A stretch of 64,000 nt of DNA, taken from Rhizaria sp. SCN 62-66. Taxonomy: Eukaryota. The translations under genes were made by a program, and so were the position numbers. The notes beneath the pieces were generated by a model. That model searched no databases. It was given only the letters and a program-made list of their open reading frames with translations, and had not been told where the DNA came from. The DNA lies in contig MEDY01000046.1 in assembly GCA_001724265.1 (NCBI GenBank), positions 1-64,000 on the forward strand, given 5' to 3'. Of the stretch, positions 13,801 through 26,419 are shown in pieces. The stretch's first letter is position 1. The number at the start of each line of letters is the position of its first letter.

Positions 13801-16800
13801 GCCGTCATCGGGGTCGACGACTTCGACTTCGCGCCGGTGCCCGAGCAGCAGCTTGACGGCGACGCGCCCATCGGCGCTGACATGATGGGCGACTTCGACG
13901 ACCTTTATGGCAACAAGATCACCGCCGTCGACGCTGCAGCCGAGGCCGCCAAGGCGCGCGAGGCCGCTGAGGTCGCCGCCATCGCCGCTGCAGCCGCCGC
14001 GGCCAAGGTGGCCGACGAGGAGGAGGAGCGCGCGCGCGCCGCAGCCGCTGCGGCGGCGTCGGCGGCGGCTGAGGACCCCATTATGGCGCTGCTGAGCGCG
14101 ATGAAGCAGAAGAAGACCACCTTCACGCCCGCGCTTGTTGCTGCCTCCGTTGCTGCGGCAAAGCCCGTGACTGTGACCGCTGCTGCCGCCAAGCCCCCTG
14201 CTGCTGTTGCCGCCGCGGCGCCTGCTGTTGCATCGCCGTCGTCCAAGCTCGCTGCCAACCTTGCTGGTGGCGCTGGTGGTTTGAGTATCGGTGGTCTCAA
14301 TATCGGCGGCCTGAGTATCGGTGGCCTTAACATCGGCGGGTCGATTTTCATGTCCGACACTGACTCCACCGCTTCGGCCACAAACACGGCCACTTCCACT
14401 GCCAATGCAGCCGCAGCTGCTGCCGCCACTAAGAGCGCTGCAGTCACTGAGTCCCAGACCGTGACCGAGACCGAGGTGCTCGTGGAGGCCCTCTGGGACG
14501 CCCCCGCGCTGTCTGAGCTGCTGTCGCGCGCGGTCACGGACCTTTCCCGCGCCCTCTTGCGCTCGCGCGCGGCGCTGACGCGGCAGAGCGTGGCTTACTC
14601 TTCGGGCTTCGAGGAAGAGATGGCCGGTATGCGGGCGCGCAACGCCGCCGCCGCTGCCGCCGCGGCCGCCGCCGCTGCCGTGCAGGCCGTGCCGTGGGCA
14701 CCGCTGCCGACCGCGGGCGGCGCCAAGGGCCGCGCGGACCCGCACTCGCTCGCCATGGCCGCCGCGGAGGCCGCCGCGCGCCGGTCCGTCGCCGCTACAA
14801 ACACACCGGGCGCAGCGCCTGCGGTGTCTGCCACGGCTGCGGCCACAGCTGCTGCGGCGGCGGCGGCGTCGCGCGCCGGACTGTCCAAGGTCCAGGTCGC
14901 CGCCGTGGCTGCTGCGGCCGCGGCGCGTGTGTCCAAGACGTCCGTGAGCACTCTGGTCGACTCTGAGGACGAGGCAGACGACACTGCCGACGCTGTGATT
15001 GCTGAGGAGGAGAGCGAGGCCGAGAACGAGCAGGAGAAGATGATGAGCGCACCGCTCGCCGCCGCCGCCAAGGCCGCTGCCAGGCTCGAGGCTGCGGCCG
15101 CCAAGGCTGCTGCTGCCGCTGCCGCTAAGAAGGACGCTGCGGCTGCGGAGGGCAAGGACAAGAAGGGCGCCGAGCCCGTCGTCGTTGGCGCCAAGGCCAA
15201 GGCCGCGAAGGCTGTGGCTGCGGCTGCCACTGAGACTGGGGCGGACGCCAAGATTGAGGAGACTGTCACCAAGCCTGTCGCTAAGAAGGCTGCCGTCACT
15301 GCTGCGAAGCCTGCCGCTGCTGCCATGACGGACGGCAGCGACGACGAGGCCCCTGTCCCTGCTCCCGTTGCTAGTCCCAAGGCCAAGGCCGCCACCACTA
15401 CAAAACCCGCTACTGAGAACAAGACTGTCCCCAGCGCTGCCGTTAACTCCTTGAGCGCCACTGCCAACACCGACGCTGACGCCGACGCCGACTCGTACGA
15501 GGTCGTGGCCGAGGCCGATGCCGACGCTGACGCCGAAGCCACAAAGCCCGAGAAGACGAAGAAGAAGCGCGAGAAGAAGCGCGCTGCGCCGGTCAACGCG
15601 CGCCTCGACGCGGCCTCGGGCGCCTTCGCCGGTCTGCGCGGCTTCACGGCCACGGCCGCGGCGACGGGTGCTACGGTCACCGGGCCGGCCGCGGACCTCA
15701 ACGCCCGCCGCAGCGCGCTCATGGCGGCGTTCGCGGACGACAGCGACAGCGACGACGCCGCCGCGGCCCCCAACGCGCTACTCCGCCGCGCAGCGACAAA
15801 CCCGGCCGCGTACCGCGCCTTCAGCCCCGCGACCGCGGCGGCGGCCGCTCTGGCGGGGACCGCGGCCGAGGACGACGGGTTCGTCGTCGTGGAGACGGCG
15901 GACCGCGAGGATGGCATCTACGACGACGACGCCGGGCGCGTCGAGGATTGGTCCGACGTCGACCTCGACGACGGCAAGGCCTCCGCGCACGCGCTTGACG
16001 AGGACCCCTCGACGGCGCACCGCCGCGCGCGTGCTCGCGGCGCTCTGGCCGCGCAACGCCGCGCCGCGATGATCGCCTTCGCGCGCGCGGAGCAGCGCAT
16101 TGCGTCGGGGCTCGCCGTCGCCGACGTCGACGCTGCACTCGGCAGCACCGAGTTCGCGGACGCCGAGGCCGACTCCGCCGCCGACGTTACCGCTGCTGCG
16201 GAGGGCGAGGGCGACAGTACTGCCGCGCCCGTGTCTGCCGCCGCGGCTGCGGCCAAGGCTGCGCGTATCGCGGCGGGCAAGGCTGCCGCGGCGGCAACGT
16301 CTGCGCTGCGTCTCGCGGCGCGGTTCGACGACTTCTCGGCCGCGGATGAGTACGTCGGTCTCGTCGACGGGCTCGACGGCGTCGAGGCCGACGCGCCCAG
16401 CGCCAGCGCCAAGGCCAAGGCCAAGGCCAAGGCCAAGGCCAGGGCTGCCTCAGTTGGCGGCAAGGATGCGGCGTCCGCGCGCGGTGCTGCCCGCGCGCCC
16501 CGCGGCCGCGGCGGCGACGGCGACGCGGCCGAGAGTGGCGAGCCCCGCAAGCGCCGCGAGTCCCGCGAGTCCCGCGAGCCCCGCGCCCCGCGCGAGCCGC
16601 GTGCACCGCGCGGTGACGGCGCTGGTGATGCAGGCGATGGCAGCAGCGAGCAGCGCAGCCAGAGCGTGCCGCCGCGCGCGCCCCGCGGCGGTCGCCCCGA
16701 GGGCTCGAGCCAGGAGCGCAGCAGCAGCGCGGGGGGCCGCAAGCCCAAGACGGGGAAACCGCCGCTGTCGTTCAAGTCTGCCCCCAAGGGTACCAAGGGC

Positions 16801-18825
16801 GCGCTGGGTCCGCGTGGCGGCAAGGCCGTCGACACGCGGCGCCGCAGCGGCGTCGAGATCCGCCTTGCGCGCAAGGCCAAGCGCACCACGCCCGACGGCG
16901 GCGCTGCCGCGCCCCCTAGCGGCGAGGGCGGGTTCAAGACCAAAAAGCGCCAGGACTCGCGCGTCGGTGCGCGCGTGTGCAAGAAGGACTACAAGGAGAA
17001 AGGCGAGCGCCCCGACGGGTCCGTGCTCTACGCTGCGCCGCGCCCCGCCAAGGGCGGCTGCTGCGGCGCCGTGAGCAAGTAGGCGGTTTGCGGAGCTGCG
17101 AATAAGACTGCGACCGCGACCGTGACCATGACTGTGACCGCGTGCGGCGTGATCGGGCTGTCTGCGGACCGCGCGAGCATGTACGACAACAAGACGTGCA
17201 AGAAAGACATCAAGGAAAAGGGTGAGAAGAGTGACAAGAAGGAGAAAAAGGACAAGAAGGAGAAGAAGGATAAGAAGGCTGCTGCTGCTGATGACAACGG
17301 AGATGAGGAACCTCTTTTCTCATTTGGCGTTACTTCGCCCTCCAAGGCCGCTGCTGCTCCTATCATCACAGCAACTTCTGCTCCTGCGCTTGACTTTTCG
17401 ACTGCTGCTGCACCTGCCGCGGCTGCGCCCGTTGCTCCGCCTGCCGTCGTTGCACCTGCCGCTTTGCCGGCTGCTGCGTCTGCTAAGGCCGGTGGCTTCT
17501 CTTTCGGTTTCAGCGACCCCGCTGACGCCGCACCTGCCTCTGTTACTGTCCCGGCGGCTGCTGCTGCTGCCGCTCCTGCTCCCAATTCTGGTGGCTTCTC
17601 GTTTGGCTTCAGCGACCCTGCAGCTGCCCCCGTTGCGCCCGCTGCTGCTGCTGCTGCTGCTGATGCTGCTGCTTCGAAGAGCGGCGGTTTTTCATTCGGG
17701 TTCTCCGACCCAACAGCTCCCTCTGCTGCCGTCACCTCTGCGGCTGCCGCAGCTGCCGCGGTTCCCGCCGCTGGCAGCGGCGCGGCGCCGACAACGGACG
17801 CCCAAGCCGCGCTGCGCGCGCGCTTCCGCGTGTACACGGACTCCGACTTGGTGTCCTTCACGCTCTCCGGCGGTCAGGGCACGCTGCACGCGGGCACGCG
17901 CGGCGTCGTCAAGGCAATGGCCGATGGCATGGTCAAGCGCCTCGAGACGGCGCACCAGGATGCCAACGCGCTGCTCGTGCCAGAGCACGTCGCCTTGCAG
18001 AAACAGCACGAGTCACTTGCCACGGTTGCACCGGAGGTTGTGGCGGCGGCGGCCAAGCCCAAGTTCAGCTTTGGCTTCACCTCTGCTGAGGAGACGAGCT
18101 ACGCGAATGCTGCTGCTCCTGCTGCTGCCCCCGCTGTCCTGGCCCCCGTTGCGGCCAAGGGCGGCTTCAGCTTCGGATTCGCAGCTCCCGACGATGCCAC
18201 GTCTTCCGCCTCTGCGTCCGCCGCTGACTCCGGTACCACTGCTCCTGCGACCGGCGCGAGCGCGCTGGCGGCACGGTTCGCCGCGCCCTCGCAGCGCACG
18301 CAGGTGATTCCCTCTGCCGCTGGTGAGGCGCGTGTGACCGCGCTGGGCAAGGACATGACCTCAGCCGTGGCGGCTGCGGCTGCGGCTAAGGCGGCCCAGG
18401 AGGCGGCGGTCAAGGAGGCGGCTGAGGCTGCAGCGGCCGCGGCGGCGCTGCGCGGGGCCAAGACCGAGGAGGAGCGCGCCGCGGCCGCCAAGGCTGCCGA
18501 GCGCGCGGCGCGGGAGGAGAAGCGGCAGCGCGCCAAGGCGGCGGACGTGAACATGATGCTTGCGCAGGCCACGATGGCCGCGGCGGCGCAGTGGGGCGGC
18601 GACGGCAAGAAGAAGGACAAGAAAGACAAAAAAGACAAGAAGGACAAGAAGGACGACGCCAGCATTGCAGGCAGTGGTGTGAGCGCGTTCATGCGCGACA
18701 GCACGTTCGAAGAGGACGGCGAGAAGGCGTGGAGCCGGCACAAACGCACTGCGGAGAAGGACTACAAGTCTAGCATGCATGCGGCCCGCAACAAGCGTCC
18801 GCGTGAAGCAGGGTCGCGCAAGTAA
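10891..18825 (+). CDS. Nucleolar protein 8 (NOL8)-like, about 2640 aa, read through one in-frame TAG (17080-17082)
   Basis: N-terminal RRM (RLYVSGL..FVSYGTVSDIHI..CRGFAHL..NSTWRGRQFIVELA) of NOL8 type. The extreme C-terminus (FMR..W..KR..DYKSSMHAARNKR) resembles the NOL8 C-terminal motif. ORF-track pieces 10891-17082 and 17122-18825 are in the same frame, separated only by TAG. Stop TAA. Confidence 0.65.
14275..14340 (+). repeat. Coding tandem pentapeptide repeat GGL(S/N)I x4
   Basis: ggtggtttgagtatc ggtggtctcaatatc ggcggcctgagtatc ggtggccttaacatc: synonymous divergence with conserved peptide. Confidence 0.8.
17491..18183 (+). repeat. Dispersed FSFGF (GGFSFGFSDP) peptide repeats with Ala/Pro spacers
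   Basis: GGFSFGFSDP at about 17491, 17590 and 17683; KFSFGF at 18061; GGFSFGF at 18160. Flanked by KKD/E runs (about 17220-17277 and 18607-18654). Confidence 0.8.
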
Positions 18826-19463
18826 GTCTGCGCACATTATTATGCACACTGCAACTGTTGTGTTACAGCCAGCCGACCAACTGCCTACTGCATATTGCAA
18901 GCTTCTGAAACTTCCAACTACGAAGAACACGCACTGTTAATATTATATATTCTTGTTAATTACTATTACTGAGTATCTCATTCAAGGTACGCAATACATT
19001 GACCATCATTTGTTATCTCGACATAATGTTACGCGGTGGTTATTGCAACGCTCTTCGAGGTATATCCTGATGTGATATGCTTAGATGAAAAAGTTTTATT
19101 ATGGGGTAGCTTTCTTCCGTTAGGCAAATATCAGTAGAGCATATGGGCTTTCGTTGTCTTTGTTTCGTCACGTACTCTTCCGATTCAGCTTTTTCACCAC
19201 ATATGCGTTTTCTGCTTTTTCGCAGCATCGTTCGTTCGTCCAGCTGCTGCATCACCTTGAAGGCAAGTTGGATCTTGACCTATCGTGAAACAAATTGAGC
19301 GTCAAAGTGAGTGTCAGATAGTGAAGCAAATATATTCGCAGTTTTATGCTATATTCAAATTCAGAGTGCGTTGGTGAATTGTTTTTGTAGCTGTATCTTA
19401 TTTTTCTCATCAGGCCTCTTAACTTGTCAAAAACATGCTTGCCCACTCCGAGAGAAGGAGCGG

Positions 19464-22400
19464 ATGTCCCACGTATTCCCTTCCTCTCCCCACCCAGCAG
19501 TGTTTCTCGACACTGTTCGTGCGGTTGACGCTACCCCCGTGTCTACAACGGCACTGAGCTCATTCATCACCGCCATTGAGGCACACACCTCCATTGCTCC
19601 ATCTTCATCATCGCAGTTCTCAGACTACTGGGTTGCTGCAGCCGCTGACGAGGCAGCCAAGCTATTTCGTAGTCTTCCACGCGACGAGATTGCCGAACGC
19701 ATTCGCCCCTTAATCTCTTCTGCTCCTGTCGCTGGCACTGCTTCAAAGGATGATGCATCGAGCGCTGCTGCTGCTCCGGGTGCAGGCGTTGCCATCCACT
19801 CAGTGTTCTCCGCGCTTGCTGAGGCCAACGCGGCTCGTGCTGCGGGCGGCTTTGCTGTTAGTGTTGCACCCCTTTCAGATGCTTCTCGGTTTCCCACTGT
19901 TGCTGCCACCGTGTTCTCCACTTCGAAGCCGAAGCAGGGCGGCGCGAAGCAAACTGCTGCAGCAGATGCTGGGAGCGCTCCGTCGTATGAAACGCGCTCG
20001 TACAAGACCGACATGATGATGGAGTCTCCTGGCACCGGATTTGACACCGCACCCCTTGCTGCTTATGTTGACGGGCTTTCCGCGACAAACAGTGACGCTA
20101 ACTCTGCTGCGAGCGTCACTGTGCTTTCGGACGGCACCAAGCGCGTCTGCGGCTCTGTCCTGTGCGCCCGCGCGCCCGCGACTGTTGGCCGCGCGCACAC
20201 GTTGCTGTTCCCACAACCACCAGCGCTTCCCGCGGCCGCGGTTGCTATCCCGAGCACCTCAGCAGCTGCCAATCCTGACACCAGCGTTGAGACCCGTGCG
20301 GCAACCGTGCGCGTGTCTCCGTTCGCTCCCTCATGGGCGCTGCACTCTGCGCGCAACGCAGGCCCGCGCGTGCCGCGCATCCCGGCCTACGCGCCGCTGG
20401 TTTTTGCACTTGACCCGGTCCCGCACGCTACTGTCGTCGCGCGCACGAACAAAGGCGGCAAGGCCCTTGCTGCGAATACGGCCGCAGGTGTGGCTGGCGC
20501 GTGGAGCCTGGCGGGCGTGCTTGTGCAGTCACCGTCCGCGGTTGAAGCCGCATACGAGCCCGTTGCCGCGGGCGCTGCAGAGACCGACCAGGGCCCTGTG
20601 CGCCCTGCGCTTGGGGCCGCCCTGACCGCAGTTGCGCCCGACACCGCCGTGGCGACTGCGACGGAGGTTCTGCTCACACCATACTCGAAGGCGTACTTCG
20701 CTCCTGTTGGCAGTAAGAATGCGACAGCTCCTGCCATCAATGCGACAGAACACCTGTCGCCTCCTGCCGCGGTGCCGCCATTTGCTTTGACCGGTGGTCG
20801 GGACTCATATTCCCCGCTGCCTGCAGTCACTCTTCCGGCCCCCGCGACTGCGAGCGCTGGCGATACTGCAGCTCTAGTGTCCCCGCTGTGTGCGGCGGCG
20901 GCATGGCGGCCTGCGACTGTGGCGCCGCGCGTGTCTGTTGCGCACACGACGTTTCTGCCTCACGCATTTGGTTTGCACGCGCTGCATCCCGTATATGTGT
21001 TCACTCCGCATGCCTCCAACAACAGTACTGAGAGTCCTGAGCAAAGCAGCAGTGCTGCTGCTGTAGGGCCGAGCGTGTTAGTTGACCCCGTCGGCTTCCT
21101 TGTGCTTGTGGAGACGCCCGCCGCCGCGTGGGCGCACGCGCTCGACACGGCCAAGGACACCGTGCGCTGCGCGTGGCCGCGCCCGGCGCCCACAGTCACC
21201 AGTAGCAATAGCAGTGCGGACGCGTGGGCGCAGCTGGAGGACCGTCAGGCGCGCCGTCTACTGATTGCTGTGGAGGCGCTGCAGCAGCAGGTGACGAACG
21301 TGTTGGCGCCGTCGCTGCTCAGCATGGCGCGACTGGGCGCCGCGATGGGCATGTCGGACGACAGCTAGCGGAGTCTGAACGACATGACTGGCTACATGGC
21401 AGAGATCATCGCTGCTGTGCGGCCCGGCGCAACCACGCCCGCGACTGGCGACAGTGCTGCGGCGGACGCGACCAGCGCTGCGGGGCCCGCGACAGGACTT
21501 CTGCGGCTGTCGGTGTTTCCGCGCACTGCGCTAACGCGTCTTGAGGGCCACCTCAGTCAGTTCACGTCTCATGGCGGCGAGGCTGCCGCGATGTTCCCTT
21601 CCGTGGCCCAGGCTGCCGCTGAGCTTGAGGCCGCGAAGCTTGCAACTGCTGACCTGCGTGCAGTCGCCGCAGCGGCTGCCGCATGTGTCACCGCGGGCTC
21701 TGCATACGTTGCGTCAACAGGCGCGCTCGCGGCGGGCGCTGCTGCTGAGCTCCTGCGCAATCACGGCATTGACGCGGCGTCCCGCATCGAATTGCCGCGC
21801 GATCTGATGACACCACAGGAGGCGGCGCGTCCTTGGGGCACGGTCATGTCGCCGAAGAATGTGTCCCCGCCCGCTGCTGCAGCGCTGGCGGCGCGCTGGG
21901 CGCTGCTGACGACGGAGCAGCGCACTGCGGCGCGCGCTGTGGCCGCTCTCAAGCAGTGGCTTGCGGAGACCGATGTCGACTTTGACGCCCCTCCGCCGCC
22001 CGCGGGCGCAGACACCAGCGACGCGACTGCGAGCTCAAACGCGAGCGCGGGGACGGGCGCTGTCGGCGTTGCTGGCCGTGTTGGCTCTGTGTCGTTCCTG
22101 GCAGAACTGCAGTCTGCGCGCAAGACGCGTCGCAGTGTCATGGACTACACTCTCGGCGACGGCGGACCACTGGCGGTGCTCTTTGGCGGCGGCGCGCACG
22201 GACAGGACGCAGCGCAACAGGCTATGAAGCTGCGGCAACAGTGGGCGCAGAAGGTTGAGGCCGAGCGCGGCGTTGTCATGGTCGGTCCACGTGTTGACCC
22301 GCTCTTCTTCACGCAAAAGGACGCGTACAAGGTAAGCATCGCCGTGTTTCACAACTGAAATGTCGTATACTTCTACAAATTGTGCAACGTATACTTAAAA

Positions 22401-23293
22401 AAAACACCCACTTGATTTATGTATTTCTTTGTTTATAGCACGTTTTGACTATGATCGAACGCATGGAGAGCGCTGTGATCCGCGTCGGCGCTGCGCAGAC
22501 GCCCGTGATTGGCACTGCGGCCGCTGGCGGCGTGCCCGTTTCCGCGCAGACGATCCTCAGCGCACTGTTCCACGGCATGGGCTACGTCGCGATGGACCGC
22601 GGCGGCCTCATATTTCTGCTTGACCAGAACATCGCCTTCCTGCCGCTGGACGCCCCGCCGCGCGCCCGCGCAGTCGTGCACCGTGCACGCGACGCGGGCC
22701 GCGTGCTCCGCAAGGCGCGCCGCGATCACCCGCAAAAGAAGCTCTCTCTGCGCGTCAACTGGGACCTGAACGGCGTTATTGCGGCGCTGCGGAAGCACCA
22801 TTCGAGCTCGTGGATCACGACGGACCTGGAGGTTGTATGGACGCAGATGCACCGCGCAGGCACGATGCTCACGTTCGAGCTGTACTGGGGCGAGGAGCTC
22901 ATCGCGGCAGATGTCGTGCATCTCATCATGCGCTGCGCGTACGTGGCGACGCGTTTCTCATCGCGTTCGAACGAGCACCGCGCTTTGCAGCCGGGTTTCT
23001 TGCTTGCCTTTGTTGCAGCGCGCGCACTGAGGGAGGCTGGAGTGCTGCTCTGGAGCCTCGGCGGCGTCGACCAGTCTTCCGCGATGGCGTACAAGCACGA
23101 GATTGCGGTGACTGAGCCCGGTGCCGTGTTTTCTGCACGGTTCAGGGCGGTGCGCAATCTGGGACCGATCATGCAGACTGTGCCCGGGGAGAACGGAGCG
23201 GCGCCGACACAGAAGCCTGTGTACTGCCCCTTCCCTCTTCACAGCGTTCTCGTCGAAGATATCACGGACGCGCACGTCCTATCTTTTGATTGA
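19464..23293 (+). CDS. Large protein with a C-terminal leucyl/phenylalanyl-tRNA-protein transferase (Aat)-like domain; in-frame TAG at 21366-21368; intron 22332-22438
   Basis: LSLRVNWDLNGVIAALRKHH..SWITTDL..MHRAG..TFELYWGEELIA resembles Aat (I..F..VI..C..TWIT..LH..G.AHSIEVW..ELVGG). ORFs 19311-21368 and 21384-22358 are co-frame across a TAG. The phase-0 GTAAGC..tatag intron joins them to 22439-23293. Stop TGA. Confidence 0.6.
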
Positions 23294-23714
23294 GTACATA
23301 GTAGCGTTTGCGGACCTTATGCTTATGACTGCTGACGACCACAGCATTCCCCGCCGTTCTACATTCAAGTCACTATTACCTGCGATCTGAAATCAAATTT
23401 TACTCTTGGTTCTATTTCAACTTTCACCCCGTTCACGGCCTGTGTTAAGCTGACAACGACCGTGAGCACTTGTCAGTTGCGTTTACGAGGCCACTGATCA
23501 GGCGCTTACGAATACACTATGATCTACATTAAGAAAATCGCATTATAGGCAAACACGCATTGGACAAGGTAGATATATGCTTTATATTAGTATTGATATT
23601 TCTATTATTGTTAGAGACACACATCTATGTCTCGATTTTCACCTAGTCAGCAGCCGAGCTAATCCCACTGCCTTGCACTCCTTGTCAACTTGAACAACAA
23701 CTCCACAGAGACTT

Positions 23715-25914
23715 ATGTCTGACAACAAACGTTACCACGTTTCTCAGGATGAGAAACAGTTTCGCGGTGCTGCCGACGCGGTGGTACGCAAGTTATTGAG
23801 CTCGTTTTGTGTCTAGTTTTGCCACTTTTCACTCCGCGCATCTTCCACCTCATGCTTCCAGCCCAGCTCTCACCTTCACTTATTCCTTGTCTGACTTTTG
23901 TCTTGCCTTGCTTTTACAACCCCTCATTGCATCTACTAAGGCGGGTGCTCCTTCCAAACTGAAGCACTCGATCGCCGACGCGACCAAGGTTTCCGAGGAG
24001 GCCATCGCACGCGCGGGCCGCACCACTGGCGACGCCATCAAGGACGCTGCCCACGCAGTCCACGACAAGGCCGCCGACGCGGGCCGCCACACCGAGACTG
24101 CGGTGCGCGACCAAGCGCATAACCTGCGCTCGTCGTTCGACAACTTTACGCGCCCCGAGCACGCCGCGCGCGCCAAGGAGGACTTGAAGGACGCGGCTTA
24201 CCACGGCAAGGAGGCCGTCAAGGACGCCGGCTACGCCGCCAAGCAGGGCCTCGAGAGCGCCGGCGCCTACGCATCTGACGCCGCCGCGCGTGCCAAGTCC
24301 TCCACAAGCTCCGCGATGGACCGCGCGGGCGCTTACGCCTCGGATACTGCAGCTGCCGCGCAGCGCAAGGCCGCTGACATTGGCAGCACGATGAAGAGCG
24401 CCGCCAGCGACGCGTCGCACAAGGCCGCCGATGCCGCGCACTCAGCGTCCGCGGCGGCCGAGCGCACTGTTGATGCAGCCAAGAGCAAGGCCAGCGAGGC
24501 GGGCGCCAAGATTGAGCACGCCGCGGTCGGCGCGCGCGACACAGTGATCGACGCCAAGGACCGCGCCGCCGCGTCCGCGCAGCGCGCGGGCGAGGCCGCG
24601 GCGCACACGGCGCAAGACGCGGGGACCGCAATCAAGCGCGGCGCCGAGAGCGCCAAGGACAGCGCGGTGCAGGCTAAGGACGCCGCGAAGGCGAAGATGC
24701 AGGACGCTGGCGCTGCGGCCAAAGACGCCGCCGCGGGCGCCAAGGCCAAGATGCAGGACGCCGGCGCGGCCGCGAAGGAGAAAATGCAAGACGCGGGCGC
24801 TGCGATGAAGCGTGGCGCCGAGAGCGCAAAGGATACCGTTCTGCAGAAGACGCATGAGGCAAGCCAGGCTGCCAAGGACACTGCTTACACGGCCAAGGAT
24901 AAGGCCGCCGAGATGGGCGCCGCTGCCAAGGAAAAGGCGTCAGAGATGGGTTCTGCAGCTAAGCTGACCGCAATCAACGCCAAGGATGCGGCCGAGCAGA
25001 AGGCACTCGACGCCAAGATGGCTGCGGTCGACCTGAAAGACTCGGCGGCGCAGAAGGCGCACGAGTTCGGCGCAGCGGCCGCGAGCACCGCAACGGCGGC
25101 CAAGGACAAGGCATACGACGCCGGCGTCGCGGCCAAGGAAGGAGCAGTCGCTGCCAAGGACGCGATTGCCAGCAAGGCCCACGACGCCGGCATCGCCGCC
25201 AAGGACGCCGCGGGCACAGCAAAGGACAAGGCCTACGAGGCCGGTGCTGCAGTCAAGGACGCCGCCATCAGCGCCAAGGACGCCGTCGCGCAAAAGGCCC
25301 ACGACGCCAAGGAGGCGATGATTGGCGCCAAGGACGCGGCGGCGCAGAAGGCGCACGACATGGGCAACGCCGCCAAGGTCAAGGCCTACAGCGCGAGCCT
25401 CGCGGCTGAGGACGCGGCGATCGCGGTGAAGGAGAAGGTGCATGACGCCGGCGTGGCGACCAAGGACGCGGCCATCAGCGCCAAGGATAAGGCAGCTGAG
25501 ACGGCGCACAACGTCGGTGACGCTATTTCCACGACGGCGCACAACGCGGCCGAAGGGCTCAAGCACGCGGCCGCAGTGACGGCGACCAAGGCTGGCGAGC
25601 TCGCGCACGCCGCCGGGGACGCCGCCGCGGCTGTGGGCCACACGATCGCTGATGCCGCCGCGGCGACGGGGTCAACGCTCAAGTCTGCGGGCGCGTCCAT
25701 CGCCGCGGGCGTGGCGTCGGCGGCGGGCGCAGTCAAGGACGCCGCGTCGAGCGCCGAGAGCGACGCAAAGCACGACGCAGACGCGCTGGCGGCCGACGCG
25801 GAGGCGCACAAGGAAGGATTCGGCACGCGCATCGCAAACACGTTCAAGGGGCTGTTCCGCCCAGAGACCTCTGCCGAGGCCGCCGCGCGTGAGATGCGCG
25901 AAAAACAGAACTAA
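23715..25914 (+). CDS. Group-3 LEA-like hydrophilic protein with 11-mer repeats; intron 23784-23940
   Basis: Dozens of AKDAAxQKAHD/AKDKAxE-type 11-mers; A/K/D/E-rich and no Cys or Trp in the repeats. First exon MSDNKRYH..DAV then GTACGC..taag, phase 0. Stop TAA. Confidence 0.8.
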
Positions 25915-26419
25915 GCTATCAGCGCTCTGAAGCAAGCAGGGCTGAGTGAGTGATGTGGAGTGCGCGACGTGCGCATGAAGCAGGGTGACTGCACCGCGTG
26001 CAAACGATAGGACAGTAGTCTCTGTCTAATGTCGATGTCTGTTTGCACAGTTGCACATGGTGGTTTGACGCATTAATGTAAAACTCTATAATGATATTTT
26101 GTATATCTGTGATTAAGTCTAGCTTAAGCTACTATGAGATAAGCTCTATTATGCATCTCTCACATGAAAGAACAATCAAGTACTTGAAGAAGTAACTTTG
26201 CATTTGATTCGTCGAATACAAAATGCTTTTGTGTACAAGCAACTGATATGCCACTATAATACGTACTTTATTGATATAGATCTATTAAACATCAACATTT
26301 ATCAAATTTGACTTAAACGGCATTACTTGGCCTGTTGGCATCATACTTACGAAGACTTTTCATTTAACTTGCACCAATCCACATCACAACGCGTGATTAC
26401 ACGATCTCCAATGCGAAGC

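Noticed and set aside
2208-16982. Long antisense/overlapping ORFs (e.g. 2208-4205, 7498-9528, 11556-13883, 14595-15917)
   Set aside because: Shadow ORFs expected from high GC and GCN-rich sense codons; no independent motifs.
17071-17082. GTGAGC..AG micro-intron that would remove the TAG in the NOL8-like gene
   Set aside because: Only 12 nt, versus 107-208 nt AT-rich introns elsewhere, and it would not explain the other TAG sites.
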